From an uncultured Candidatus Saccharimonas sp. (GTDB taxonomy: Bacteria; Patescibacteriota; Saccharimonadia; Saccharimonadales; AWTP1-31): 64,000 bases of DNA. The notes under the pieces were generated by a model that did no database searches, had not been told where the DNA came from, and worked only from the letters and a program-made list of their open reading frames with translations. Both the position numbers and the translations under genes were made by a program. Position 1 is the stretch's first letter; each line of letters starts with the position of its first letter. The stretch spans positions 4,600 to 68,599 of the forward strand of contig CALRBE010000004.1 in assembly GCA_943354005.1 (NCBI GenBank), written 5' to 3'. Below, one piece after another: positions 17,069 to 26,597 of this stretch.

Positions 17069-18037
17069 ATGACAGAAGTAAAAAAAGTAGTTGACGCACA
17101 TAGTCATCGAATTTGGGACGTAATTATGGTAGGTGCAGGCCCAGCAGCCTTAAGTGCCGCATTATATACATCAAGAGAAGATATTACGACTCTCCTTTTT
17201 GAAAAAGGGGCTATCGGGGGTTATGCTGCTGTTACCGACTGGATCGATAACTACCCAGGCTTTCCTAAAGGTGTAGCTGGGCTTGAGCTTGCAGATAACC
17301 TACGATTACAGGCTGAACGTTTTGGGGCTATAATTGAGCTTGGCGATGTCCTCAGTCTTAAACGCTCTGAAGGTCTCATCGAGCTTGATACAACAAGTGG
17401 ATTATTCAAGGCTAGGGCCGTACTACTAGCTACTGGTAGCGACTGGAAGAAGATTGGCGTTCCTGGAGAAAAGGAATACTTCGGACGTGGCGTCCACTAT
17501 TGTGCAACTTGTGACGGTGCATTCTATAGGGATAAACGACTTGCTGTCATTGGTGGCGGAAACTCTGCTGTACAAGAAGCTATTTTTCTAACTAGATATG
17601 CCAGCCATATCGATCTTCTTGTTAGGGGTGACTCATTCCGTGCATCTGAAATACTACAGCATGATCTTAAGAAGCATCGAGAGAAGATTACGATCCACCT
17701 CAATACAACTACTGACGAAATAGTCGCTGTTGATAATAAGGTTCACCATGTCTTAGGCACTAGAAAGACTACCGGTAAGAAAGTCGAATATCCAGTCGAC
17801 GGTGTATTCGTATTTGTAGGTCTTGAACCAAACACACAGTTCCTTAAAGGATCTGGTGTTGAGCTAGACGAAATCAAGCTTATTAAAACAAATGACCACC
17901 TTGAGACATGCGTTAAAGGTATTTTTGCAGCTGGTGACTCCAGAAGTGGCGCGACCATGCAGATTGCTAGCGCTACTGGCGAAGGTGCCAAAGCTGCTCT
18001 AGAAATTCGAGAATACCTCAATAAAATGAAGGGGTAG
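17069..18037 (+). CDS. trxB: Thioredoxin-disulfide reductase
   Basis: FAD motif GAGPAALSAALY, redox-active CATCDG, NADPH motif GGGNSAVQEA. Confidence 0.9.
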   Translation: MTEVKKVVDAHSHRIWDVIMVGAGPAALSAALYTSREDITTLLFEKGAIGGYAAVTDWIDNYPGFPKGVAGLELADNLRLQAERFGAIIELGDVLSLKRSEGLIELDTTSGLFKARAVLLATGSDWKKIGVPGEKEYFGRGVHYCATCDGAFYRDKRLAVIGGGNSAVQEAIFLTRYASHIDLLVRGDSFRASEILQHDLKKHREKITIHLNTTTDEIVAVDNKVHHVLGTRKTTGKKVEYPVDGVFVFVGLEPNTQFLKGSGVELDEIKLIKTNDHLETCVKGIFAAGDSRSGATMQIASATGEGAKAALEIREYLNKMKG

Positions 18038-18045
18038 TCCCGCTC

Positions 18046-18723
18046 TTAGATTGATTCGTATCCAGGGAAATAATCAGTTACTATCTGATATCGATTGAGT
18101 CCCATTGACTTAAAATCTGTGGCGAGTGCTTTTGCCATTGGTTCAGGTCCTGAAACATAGATATGTTTTGTTTTTATCTCACCAATTATTTTTTCTAGGT
18201 CAAGTGCCGTATGCCTTTTACCATCACTAAGAACATGCAGTTCTACAAATGGCTGCGATAGCTCTTCTGTGAAAGCAACCTGATCTTGACTCTGGGCCAG
18301 GTAGATCAGTTGGATTGAGCGAGTAGCATGTTTCTGCGAAATCCAAGTAATCATTGATCTAAATGGAGTTACTCCAATACCGCCAGCAATAAATACGAGT
18401 TTAGTCGAATCATCTTTTGGTAATACAAAATCACCCATAGCTTCACTTATATCAATAGAATCTCCGGGTTTAAGGGAATGAAGTTTTTTCTTAAAAGAGC
18501 TTGGTTTCTTGGGATCTATTTTAGTAGTAATTGCAATGTGACTTTCAGTTGGAGATGAGGATAAAGTGAACCAACGTTTCTGTCCTCGATCGTCGGGGTT
18601 CTCATGGGCAATATGAAATTCAAGAAACTGTCCTGCAATGTAGCGAAGCGTGCTCCCAGGTTCAAAATAATAGGTATAGATGTGTTCTGCATCATTGATT
18701 GATCGAATAAATTGTGCTTTCAT
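18046..18723 (-). CDS. Ferredoxin-NADP reductase-like FAD/NAD(P)-binding oxidoreductase
   Basis: FNR-family motifs RWFTLSSSP (RxYS-like FAD site) and GGIGVTPF (NAD(P) site). No Fe-S domain is present. Confidence 0.7.
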   Translation of the reverse strand: MKAQFIRSINDAEHIYTYYFEPGSTLRYIAGQFLEFHIAHENPDDRGQKRWFTLSSSPTESHIAITTKIDPKKPSSFKKKLHSLKPGDSIDISEAMGDFVLPKDDSTKLVFIAGGIGVTPFRSMITWISQKHATRSIQLIYLAQSQDQVAFTEELSQPFVELHVLSDGKRHTALDLEKIIGEIKTKHIYVSGPEPMAKALATDFKSMGLNRYQIVTDYFPGYESI

Positions 18724-19415
18724 TTCTTTTTCCTTTTATTAGTACGGAATTGTTGCATGACTAGTGGATCATTTGTAGTGATTGCAATGCCTGGATATAG
18801 CAGTCGCAAAAATTTAGCTATCCATACTTTATTGACCGTGAAAACTATGATGTCTAGGTTATGTCTCCAGGCCAGTGCATAGGCAAGTGGGTTTAGTGTC
18901 CAGAAGTTTACATCTATACCTTGAAAACCATACAGACGTGCTGCATTAATGGCGTCAAAGGCATTTCGGTGCTCGAGTACGTATAATGGAATATCTGGTT
19001 GAAGCTTTTGAAACCTATCTAACTCTTGGTGGTTAAAAGATATGACACTGTGAATTTTTTTATTCGGATGTTTATGTAATATTTTCGAGAGCGGTTCAGA
19101 CCAGTTTCCACTTTTTGCTTCTATGATTGCCGTTGTCTTACCACAGGTTTCGAGTGCTAGCTCGAGAGTCGGTATTCGGTTACCGTCTTTATCTTTAATC
19201 TTATCGAGTTCGGTACTTGTAAGATCGGAGACCTTTTTATCTATTTCATATGTTCGATTAAGGCTTGCATCATGACATAGATATAGCTTCAAATCCTTGC
19301 TTACGCGAATATCAAACTCAACAGCGTCGACGCCAGCTTTTATAGCGGTTTTAATGCCTAATATAGTATTTTCAGGTGCAATATTTGCAGCGCCGCGATG
19401 TCCGATAACGTTCAT
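18720..19415 (-). CDS. Glycerophosphodiester phosphodiesterase
   Basis: The GDPD signature HRGAANIAPENT is followed by EFDI. It overlaps the downstream FNR-like gene by 4 nt. Confidence 0.85.
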   Translation of the reverse strand: MNVIGHRGAANIAPENTILGIKTAIKAGVDAVEFDIRVSKDLKLYLCHDASLNRTYEIDKKVSDLTSTELDKIKDKDGNRIPTLELALETCGKTTAIIEAKSGNWSEPLSKILHKHPNKKIHSVISFNHQELDRFQKLQPDIPLYVLEHRNAFDAINAARLYGFQGIDVNFWTLNPLAYALAWRHNLDIIVFTVNKVWIAKFLRLLYPGIAITTNDPLVMQQFRTNKRKKK

Positions 19416-19527
19416 ATTACATATATTGTATCAAACAAAACCAACTAGATTAGCGCGACCTCAATAAAAAATAATTAATAGGTTAGACTTGGTGTATTAT
19501 AGATAGTAAGCAAAGGAGAAATATAAT

Positions 19528-20061
19528 ATGGCTGATTTTAATATAATACTAGATGCAGGAAACGTTTCAGATGGCACAATTAATGTTGTAAACGAGATAC
19601 CTATGGGTTCAAACCTAAAGGTTGAATGGAATCGAAAAAAAGCAATATTCGAACTTGATCGTGTTGAGCCAGAAATTTTCGCAAAGCCATGCAACTACGG
19701 CTTTATCCCTCAAACATTAGACGAAGACGGTGACGAACTTGACGTCTTATTAGTCTGCGGTTCAGCTATCCCAACTGGAGTTGTCGTTCGAGCTCGCATT
19801 ATCGGTATTATGAATTTTGAAGATGACGGCGAAATGGATCATAAAGTCGTTGTAGTTCCAGAAGATGATCGTGCCACAGGAAACGCTATTCAGACTCTTG
19901 AAGATCTACCAAAACAGTGGATCAATCAGTTAACTCATCACTTTACGCACTATAAGGATCTCAAAAAACCAAATAGCACGAAAGTTCTAGGATGGGGAAA
20001 TATTGAAGAAGCTAAAGCTACAATTGTAGAGTGTCAAAAACGTTGGACTGAACAGGCTTAA
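19528..20061 (+). CDS. ppa: Inorganic pyrophosphatase (family I)
   Basis: VVNEIPMGSNLKVEW, YGFIPQTLDEDGDELDVLL. AAGGAG SD upstream. Confidence 0.95.
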   Translation: MADFNIILDAGNVSDGTINVVNEIPMGSNLKVEWNRKKAIFELDRVEPEIFAKPCNYGFIPQTLDEDGDELDVLLVCGSAIPTGVVVRARIIGIMNFEDDGEMDHKVVVVPEDDRATGNAIQTLEDLPKQWINQLTHHFTHYKDLKKPNSTKVLGWGNIEEAKATIVECQKRWTEQA

Positions 20062-20147
20062 TTCATATACTACAATTCTTGAAGATTGCATTCGTTTTCT
20101 GTTATGCTTAAGTATAGAACATAAGCTAATAAGCCAGGGGGCAATCT

Positions 20148-21188
20148 ATGAAAACACGAGTGGCAATTAATGGTTTCGGACGCATTGGTAGAAGTGCATT
20201 TAAGGTTGCATTTGAACGTAGCGACATTGAGATAGTTGCAATCAATGATCTTACCGACACAAAAACGCTTGCACATCTTTTAAAGCACGATAGTAACTAC
20301 GGTCTTTATCAGCACGAAGTAGGTTTTGACGACGAACATATTATCGTTGATAAAAAACTAATTAAGATTCTTGCCGAAAAAGAACCTGGTGCTTTGCCAT
20401 GGAAAGACATGAAGATCGATATCGTTATCGAATCTACTGGATTTTTTGTTGATCCAGAGCTTGCTAAAGCACATATTACAGCGGGAGCACATAAAGTTGT
20501 ACTGTCTGGTCCTGCAAAAGGTGACGGTGCGACAACTATTGTACTGGGCGTAAATGAAGACAAGTTAGAAGTTGCTGAAGACATTATCAGTAATGCTTCA
20601 TGCACTACTAACTGTATAGCACCTGTCGCTGCAATTATTGAAAGTCATTTTGGTATCAAAAAAGCAATGATGACCACTGTTCATAGCTACACTGCCAGTC
20701 AAAAATTACAAGACGCACCTGCTAAAGATTTGCGTGAAGCAAGAAATGCAGCAGAAAATATCGTACCAACTACTACTGGAGCTTCTAAGGCAGCAGCACT
20801 AACCTTGCCAAGTCTAAAGGGTGTCTTTGGAGGTATGAGCGTGCGTGTACCAACTCCAGTTGTATCACTCAGTGACTTCGTAATAATTACAAAAAAGAAA
20901 GTCACCGTTGAGTCTGTAAATGAAGTATTTAAGAAAGCAGCAAAAGAGCCTTACTATCAGGGTATTGTGGCAGTGTCTGATGAACCGCTTGTTAGCAGTG
21001 ACTACATTGGTAATAGTCACTCTGCAATTGTCGACCTCAGTTTAACTGCTGTTATTGACGATGATATGTTAAAAGTGGTGGCATGGTATGACAATGAATG
21101 GGGCTACAGTAATCGTCTTATTGAGCTTGTCTCAGATACTGGTAGATTGCTTCACCAAAAACACGATCATAAAGAACATCACAGCTAA
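20148..21188 (+). CDS. gap: Type I glyceraldehyde-3-phosphate dehydrogenase
   Basis: INGFGRIGR at the N-terminus, active site SNASCTTNC, WYDNEWGYS near the C-terminus. Confidence 0.95.
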   Translation: MKTRVAINGFGRIGRSAFKVAFERSDIEIVAINDLTDTKTLAHLLKHDSNYGLYQHEVGFDDEHIIVDKKLIKILAEKEPGALPWKDMKIDIVIESTGFFVDPELAKAHITAGAHKVVLSGPAKGDGATTIVLGVNEDKLEVAEDIISNASCTTNCIAPVAAIIESHFGIKKAMMTTVHSYTASQKLQDAPAKDLREARNAAENIVPTTTGASKAAALTLPSLKGVFGGMSVRVPTPVVSLSDFVIITKKKVTVESVNEVFKKAAKEPYYQGIVAVSDEPLVSSDYIGNSHSAIVDLSLTAVIDDDMLKVVAWYDNEWGYSNRLIELVSDTGRLLHQKHDHKEHHS

Positions 21189-21202
21189 TAGAAGAGCACT
21201 AC

Positions 21203-21652
21203 ATGAATATATACGTCGGAGCCGATCATAACGGATTTCATTTGAAGAGCAGTCTACTGCGTTATTTGCGATCCGCAGGCTATGACATCACCGACGAAGG
21301 TGATGAGTCCTTAAATCCAGAAGATGACTACCCAATCTTCGCTTCAAAGGTTGTTACCGGATTGCGTCAAGATACTTCACAAGAGCCTCGAGGCATCCTT
21401 ATCTGTGGTAGTGGTCAAGGCATGGCTATTGCAGCTAATAGGTACAAGGGTATACGTGCCTGCGTAGGCTTTGATATTGAATCTGTAAAATCTGCAAGGA
21501 ATGACGATGACTGCAATATTCTGTGCTTGCCTGCAAAAATACTAGCTTCCGACGATGCATCTTTACTCGTTGAGACATTTCTAAATACTCCTTTTGCTGC
21601 AGCGCCTCGATTCATCCGTCGTAATCGTGAACTTGATGAAATGATAACCTAG
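21203..21652 (+). CDS. rpiB: Ribose-5-phosphate isomerase B
   Basis: 149 aa of the RpiB/LacAB family: GADHNGFHLK, ILICGSGQGMAIAANR. Confidence 0.9.
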   Translation: MNIYVGADHNGFHLKSSLLRYLRSAGYDITDEGDESLNPEDDYPIFASKVVTGLRQDTSQEPRGILICGSGQGMAIAANRYKGIRACVGFDIESVKSARNDDDCNILCLPAKILASDDASLLVETFLNTPFAAAPRFIRRNRELDEMIT

Positions 21653-21694
21653 TCTTTGTTATGACAGCGCTTACGCTTATAATAGACAGTAACT

Positions 21695-22456
21695 ATGAAA
21701 GAGATTAATCCCAGTACCGATCAGCCAATTGAGCCGCTGACTCTAAATGCAAGCGATAGCCATGAAAAGGTTATCAAACCTCAGGGTTCAATTAAAACAA
21801 ACGCAACTGTAGTTGAAACCGATGAGACGAACGCCAAAACAAAACGTCTCTTCCTTACGATTCTTGGAGTTATTTTAATTATAGTAATTGTGGTTGGAGT
21901 ATTCGCAGTACTTATTTCTAAGGACTCTAAGGACACTAAAACAAAGGGTCCAACACCAGGAAATAATCAGATAAATGCAGCTTCATTGTTGGACTACTCA
22001 TCTGTCTGTAGTGGCTCCAAAATCATAAACACAATCACTACAGATGCTAAAAAACGACGAATTGCGTTTTTTGACGAGGTCACCACAAACAGTGGCCAAT
22101 ACAGTCTTTCGGACGTTGCTCTTGAAGATAGTACGTGGGAGGCTGATTACACTAAATACACGAGCACGCAGCTTGTCGGGTGCTTAACTCGCATTAAAGA
22201 AACTAATACGGGTATTAAATGCGATCTTACTGATGATAATAAGCAAGATCAAAAAGTATCTGTGTATAACGTCACATACCGATTAACTATATATGATGCG
22301 TCAACCGGCCAACTGCTTGGTACAAAAAATATTGAAGGTAAAGCTTCCGCTTGTCCTTACTTTGCCACCTATACACAAGATAACCCTAAGATATATGCCT
22401 TGCCCGAAAAATCTGTGCTTTCTGCAGCCGTAAAAGAATATGTCGTGGAAGAATAA
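21695..22456 (+). CDS. Hypothetical single-pass membrane protein with Cys-containing extracytoplasmic domain
   Basis: One TM (LFLTILGVILIIVIVVGVFAVLI) follows a ~50-aa N-terminal tail. The C-terminal ~170 aa contain 4 Cys. No family recognised. Confidence 0.5.
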   Translation: MKEINPSTDQPIEPLTLNASDSHEKVIKPQGSIKTNATVVETDETNAKTKRLFLTILGVILIIVIVVGVFAVLISKDSKDTKTKGPTPGNNQINAASLLDYSSVCSGSKIINTITTDAKKRRIAFFDEVTTNSGQYSLSDVALEDSTWEADYTKYTSTQLVGCLTRIKETNTGIKCDLTDDNKQDQKVSVYNVTYRLTIYDASTGQLLGTKNIEGKASACPYFATYTQDNPKIYALPEKSVLSAAVKEYVVEE

Positions 22457-22457
22457 C

Positions 22458-23096
22458 ATGGCTATTATTTGTCCTACTATAACTGCAACAAGTAAAGCAC
22501 TGTATCAAAATCAAATGAATGACGTTGCTAAATTCGCTAAACGCATCCATGTTGATCTTGCCGATGGCGTCTTTGCTCCTACAAAGCTTGTTGATCCGAA
22601 GGATGCTTGGTGGCCGGTTGGAATTACAGCCGATGTACACCTTATGTATGAAACCTCCAGGCCCTTTCTAAAGGATCTTATAGCCTTAGAGCCACATATG
22701 ATAATATTGCACGCAGAATCAGTTGGAAACTTTTATGAATTAGCCAAGACGATTCGTTCTAATGGCATCAAGGTGGGAATTGCACTTTTAGAAGCGACAC
22801 CAGTAAGCAAGATAAGGCAGGCTATTGATGATATCGACCACGTATTAATTTTTAGCGGCGATCTAGGCTACTTTGGTGGCCACGCAAATCTGTCTTTGTT
22901 GCAAAAAGTTACTGAAATAAAGCGCTATAACGCAAGTGTCGAAATTGGTTGGGACGGCGGAATTAACGAGTCAAATATACATAAACTCGTTTTAGGCGGT
23001 GTGGACGTATTAAATGTCGGCGGAGCAATCCATCTATCCAAGAATCCAACGAAAGCATATAATAAGCTCAAAGCATTAGCGGAAAGTAGTACATAA
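22458..23096 (+). CDS. Divergent ribulose-phosphate 3-epimerase-like TIM-barrel protein
   Basis: Rpe-like ligand contexts are retained (IHVDLADGVF, DVHLM, GYFGG, WDGGI), but the sequence is divergent overall. ATG 22458 is preferred because the 22440 start overlaps the upstream ORF. Confidence 0.7.
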   Translation: MAIICPTITATSKALYQNQMNDVAKFAKRIHVDLADGVFAPTKLVDPKDAWWPVGITADVHLMYETSRPFLKDLIALEPHMIILHAESVGNFYELAKTIRSNGIKVGIALLEATPVSKIRQAIDDIDHVLIFSGDLGYFGGHANLSLLQKVTEIKRYNASVEIGWDGGINESNIHKLVLGGVDVLNVGGAIHLSKNPTKAYNKLKALAESST

Positions 23097-23947
23097 TGAC
23101 GCATACAATTGAAGATCTTGAGCTAATAGCTGTAGAAATACGGCAAGATATCATTAAGATGCTTTTGCAAGCTGGCAGTGGACATAGTGCAGGGCCACTA
23201 GGACTTGCCGATATATTTACTGCATTGTATTTCGATATTCTAAAACATGATCCAAAGAATCCAGATTGGGAAGAGAGAGATATGCTTTTACTGAGCAATG
23301 GTCACTGCGCACCTGTTCGTTATGCAGCAATGGCAAGAGCTGGCTATTTTGATTTATCTGAGCTTAAGACACTAAGACAATTAGGATCTAGATTACAGGG
23401 ACACCCAGAGCGCACTAAGCTGCCCGGAATGGAGACTACAAGTGGACCCCTTGGTTGTGGCTTGAGCCAGGCAGCCGGAATGGCTCTAGCAATGCGAATG
23501 AATGATATCCATCACCGCTGGGTATACGTTGTTCTAGGCGACGGTGAACTTGATGAGGGTAATATCTGGGAAGCTGCTATGCTCACATCTAAATATAATC
23601 TTAATAACGTCATCGGAATTATTGACCGGAATAATATCCAAATAGACGGCCCTACGGAATCAGTCATGCCTCTTGATGATCTTAAGGCTAAATGGGTTAG
23701 TTTCGGCTGGCATGTAATTGAAATTGATGGAAATAATATAGAAGCTGTAATTGATGCCTGCGCTATGGCTAGAGCTGTCGTAGAGAGACCAGTTATGATT
23801 ATTGCTCATACTATTCCGGGTAAGGGCGTTGATTTTATGGAATATGACTTCCATTGGCATGGATCCCCACCGAACGCCGAACAGGCAAAAAAAGCGCTAG
23901 GCGAGTTACGCACATTGCAGGGAAAAATTAGGAGTGAACATGAATGA
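23096..23947 (+). CDS. Transketolase, N-terminal (TPP-binding) subunit
   Basis: Split-type transketolase: GSGHSAGPLGLADI, GDGELDEGNIWEA. Confidence 0.9.
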   Translation: MTHTIEDLELIAVEIRQDIIKMLLQAGSGHSAGPLGLADIFTALYFDILKHDPKNPDWEERDMLLLSNGHCAPVRYAAMARAGYFDLSELKTLRQLGSRLQGHPERTKLPGMETTSGPLGCGLSQAAGMALAMRMNDIHHRWVYVVLGDGELDEGNIWEAAMLTSKYNLNNVIGIIDRNNIQIDGPTESVMPLDDLKAKWVSFGWHVIEIDGNNIEAVIDACAMARAVVERPVMIIAHTIPGKGVDFMEYDFHWHGSPPNAEQAKKALGELRTLQGKIRSEHE

Positions 23948-24911
23948 TCTTAACCTTATAAAAGACGTTCTAGACAAGGACATCGTTCGTGAACCAATAC
24001 GCAAAGGATTCGGTCGCGGACTACTAAGTGCTGGAAAAATTAACGTAAATGTAGTTGCAGCATGTGCTGACTTAACAGAATCAACTCAGATGAGCTTATT
24101 CAAGAAAGAATTTCCTGAGCGTTTTGTTGAAGTTGGAGTAGCAGAACAAAATCTCGTTACAGTAGGATCAGGAATGGCGGCAATGGGTAAGATACCTTTT
24201 GTGAGCAGTTATGCAGCTTTTAGCCCAGGTAGAAATTGGGAGCAAATCAGGACTACCATTTGCTTAAACGATCGGCCAGTTAAAATTGTTGGCTCTCATG
24301 CAGGTGTTTCGGTTGGACCAGACGGTGCTACGCATCAAATGCTAGAGGATATCGCATTAATGAGAGTACTTCCCAATATGGTCGTTATTGCACCTGGCGA
24401 TAGCCTTGAAGCTGAACGCGCTACTCTAGCTATGGCATCAGACCAACGGCCAACATATATTCGCCTAGCCCGGGAAGCTACTCCTATAGTAACAACTGAC
24501 AAGACGCCATTTGAAATCGGCAAGGCATATGTCTACAAAGCCGGTAAGGACCTTACTATCATGAGTACCGGTACAATGACCTATCAGGCGCTAGCTGCGG
24601 CCGCAAAGCTTGAAAAAGATGGTATACACGCCGAAGTCATACATATCCCGACTATCAAACCCTTGGATGAAAAGACAATTATAGCCAGTGCTAAAAAAAC
24701 AGGTAAAGTCATTACGGTCGAAGAGGGCCAAATAATCGGCGGACTAGGTGGAGCCATTGCCGAATTACTAAGCCAAACATCGCCCACTAAAGTTATACGA
24801 ATGGGTATGCAAGACAGATTCGGTGAATCCGGTAAACCGGACGAGCTATTAGAACACTTTGGACTAACTGCAAAACATATTGCTGTTCAAGCTCACCACT
24901 TAGTAATGTAA
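23940..24911 (+). CDS. Transketolase, C-terminal (pyrimidine-binding) subunit
   Basis: FVEVGVAEQNLV, GPDGATHQ. AGGAG lies 5 nt upstream of ATG 23940, and the gene overlaps the N-terminal subunit gene by 8 nt. Confidence 0.9.
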   Translation: MNDLNLIKDVLDKDIVREPIRKGFGRGLLSAGKINVNVVAACADLTESTQMSLFKKEFPERFVEVGVAEQNLVTVGSGMAAMGKIPFVSSYAAFSPGRNWEQIRTTICLNDRPVKIVGSHAGVSVGPDGATHQMLEDIALMRVLPNMVVIAPGDSLEAERATLAMASDQRPTYIRLAREATPIVTTDKTPFEIGKAYVYKAGKDLTIMSTGTMTYQALAAAAKLEKDGIHAEVIHIPTIKPLDEKTIIASAKKTGKVITVEEGQIIGGLGGAIAELLSQTSPTKVIRMGMQDRFGESGKPDELLEHFGLTAKHIAVQAHHLVM

Positions 24912-24913
24912 CC

Positions 24914-25537
24914 CTAGCGACTAAATACTCGTTTACGTAGAAGCATGACACGGGTCAGTACTACAAATACGTGCAATAGAAGAATCTCAATAGTAACTGC
25001 AATGAATAACGACTTAAAGTCTTTATTAGTAGACCAGTTATTAATCACTTTACTGTAGTTTTGATTGACGTATGGTAAACCAGCGCTTATAAAAAAGTTA
25101 AAATACAGAAGTCCAATTACAGCAACTGCTGTTCGTAAAGCAATTTTTTTAGAGAAATCTTGAATTTGTGACTGAGGATCTACACCAGTTGGATGTACAT
25201 ATTTACTAAATTCCAGGTCTTCATTTATTTCTGTAGTTACGTTAGAACCTGCCCACCAAATTAGGTTTACTACAACTCCAACAAGGGCCCAGAATATGGC
25301 CAGTGAAAGTGTGCCGGCGATTTTTTCACCAACAAGTCTTGTTAATAGCAAGTCTATCCCTGATATTCCAAGTCTAATCGGATTGAAGTCACCCGACACG
25401 AATAGCAGGTCTTTTAACCGGTCAACTCCACTTAGTATCAGGGTTGCTCCTGTTATAAAGACGTATATTAGAATCTCTATACCGTTAGGCATCAACCAAA
25501 AAAATGCTTGTTTTATATTATCTCTAGATGTATTCAT
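24914..25537 (-). CDS. Hypothetical polytopic membrane protein
   Basis: 207 aa with 4-5 hydrophobic helices. It is convergent with the transketolase genes. No family recognised. Confidence 0.5.
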   Translation of the reverse strand: MNTSRDNIKQAFFWLMPNGIEILIYVFITGATLILSGVDRLKDLLFVSGDFNPIRLGISGIDLLLTRLVGEKIAGTLSLAIFWALVGVVVNLIWWAGSNVTTEINEDLEFSKYVHPTGVDPQSQIQDFSKKIALRTAVAVIGLLYFNFFISAGLPYVNQNYSKVINNWSTNKDFKSLFIAVTIEILLLHVFVVLTRVMLLRKRVFSR

Positions 25538-25612
25538 AACTTAAATCACTGTAGTTTCATATCAAGTATATGCTATTGTAAGTCATAAGCATAAGAAAAA
25601 AAGGAGTCAACG

Positions 25613-26527
25613 ATGCCTCAAACACTTAAACAAATGCAAGAAGATTGTGCTGCTGCTAGAAAAGCTATTAAGCGGGCTAGGGACGAGCACTATGCAATCG
25701 GAGCTTTTAACTTGGATAATCAAGAAACGCTTATAGCTGTCACAAAAGCAGCTGCTGCAAAAAACGCACCTGTCATGGTTGAAATAAGCCATGGAGAAGT
25801 TAAATTATTGGGGCTTAATAATGTCAGGGATATGGTAGATAACTATAAGGCTGAGTTTAAGGTTGAAATGTACATTAATTTGGACCACTCCCCATCAGTT
25901 GAAGCGGCAAAAGCTGGTATTGATGCAGGTTTTGAATTTATTCACATTGATATTTCACAAGAAAACCACGACGCTACAGAAGAAGAAATAATCAGTAAAA
26001 CTAAGGAAGTAGTCGAGTATGCTAAAAAGACAGGCGCCTTGGTTGAGAGCGAGCCCCATTATTTTGGCGGGGGATCAAATCGTTTCACTAAAGCATTTGA
26101 CTACGATGAGATTAAAAAGACTTTTAGTACCCCGGAAGGCTCCGCCCGTTTCGTTTCAGAAACTGGAATCGACACTTACGCAGCAGCAATAGGAAACTTA
26201 CACGGATCTTACCCAGTTCCTAAAAGGCTTGATTTAAAGCTACTACAGACAATTAGAGACTCTATTGACTGCAATATCAGTCTTCATGGAGGAAGCGGCA
26301 CACCTGGTCACTATTTTGAAGATGCTGTTAAGATTGGAGTTTCTAAAATTAATATTAATTCAGACATGCGCATTGCGTATCGGACTACTCTTGAAAAAGT
26401 ATTGAAAGAGAATAAAACTGAATTCGCTGTAATTAAACTAATGGATGAAGTTATCGAGGCAGTTCAGGCTGTAGTTGAAAGCAAAATCGATTGCTTTAAT
26501 TCGACGGGTAAAGCAAAACCGCAATAG
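25613..26527 (+). CDS. fba: Class II fructose-bisphosphate aldolase
   Basis: AAGGAG SD upstream. Class II aldolase motifs: AIGAFN, LDHS, GNLHG, LHGGSG. Confidence 0.9.
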   Translation: MPQTLKQMQEDCAAARKAIKRARDEHYAIGAFNLDNQETLIAVTKAAAAKNAPVMVEISHGEVKLLGLNNVRDMVDNYKAEFKVEMYINLDHSPSVEAAKAGIDAGFEFIHIDISQENHDATEEEIISKTKEVVEYAKKTGALVESEPHYFGGGSNRFTKAFDYDEIKKTFSTPEGSARFVSETGIDTYAAAIGNLHGSYPVPKRLDLKLLQTIRDSIDCNISLHGGSGTPGHYFEDAVKIGVSKININSDMRIAYRTTLEKVLKENKTEFAVIKLMDEVIEAVQAVVESKIDCFNSTGKAKPQ

Positions 26528-26597
26528 CTAGACAATCGGGTACTATGTTAAAATATGCATAAGTGCAATACAACAATACTAAAGAGGGGTGGCAGCA

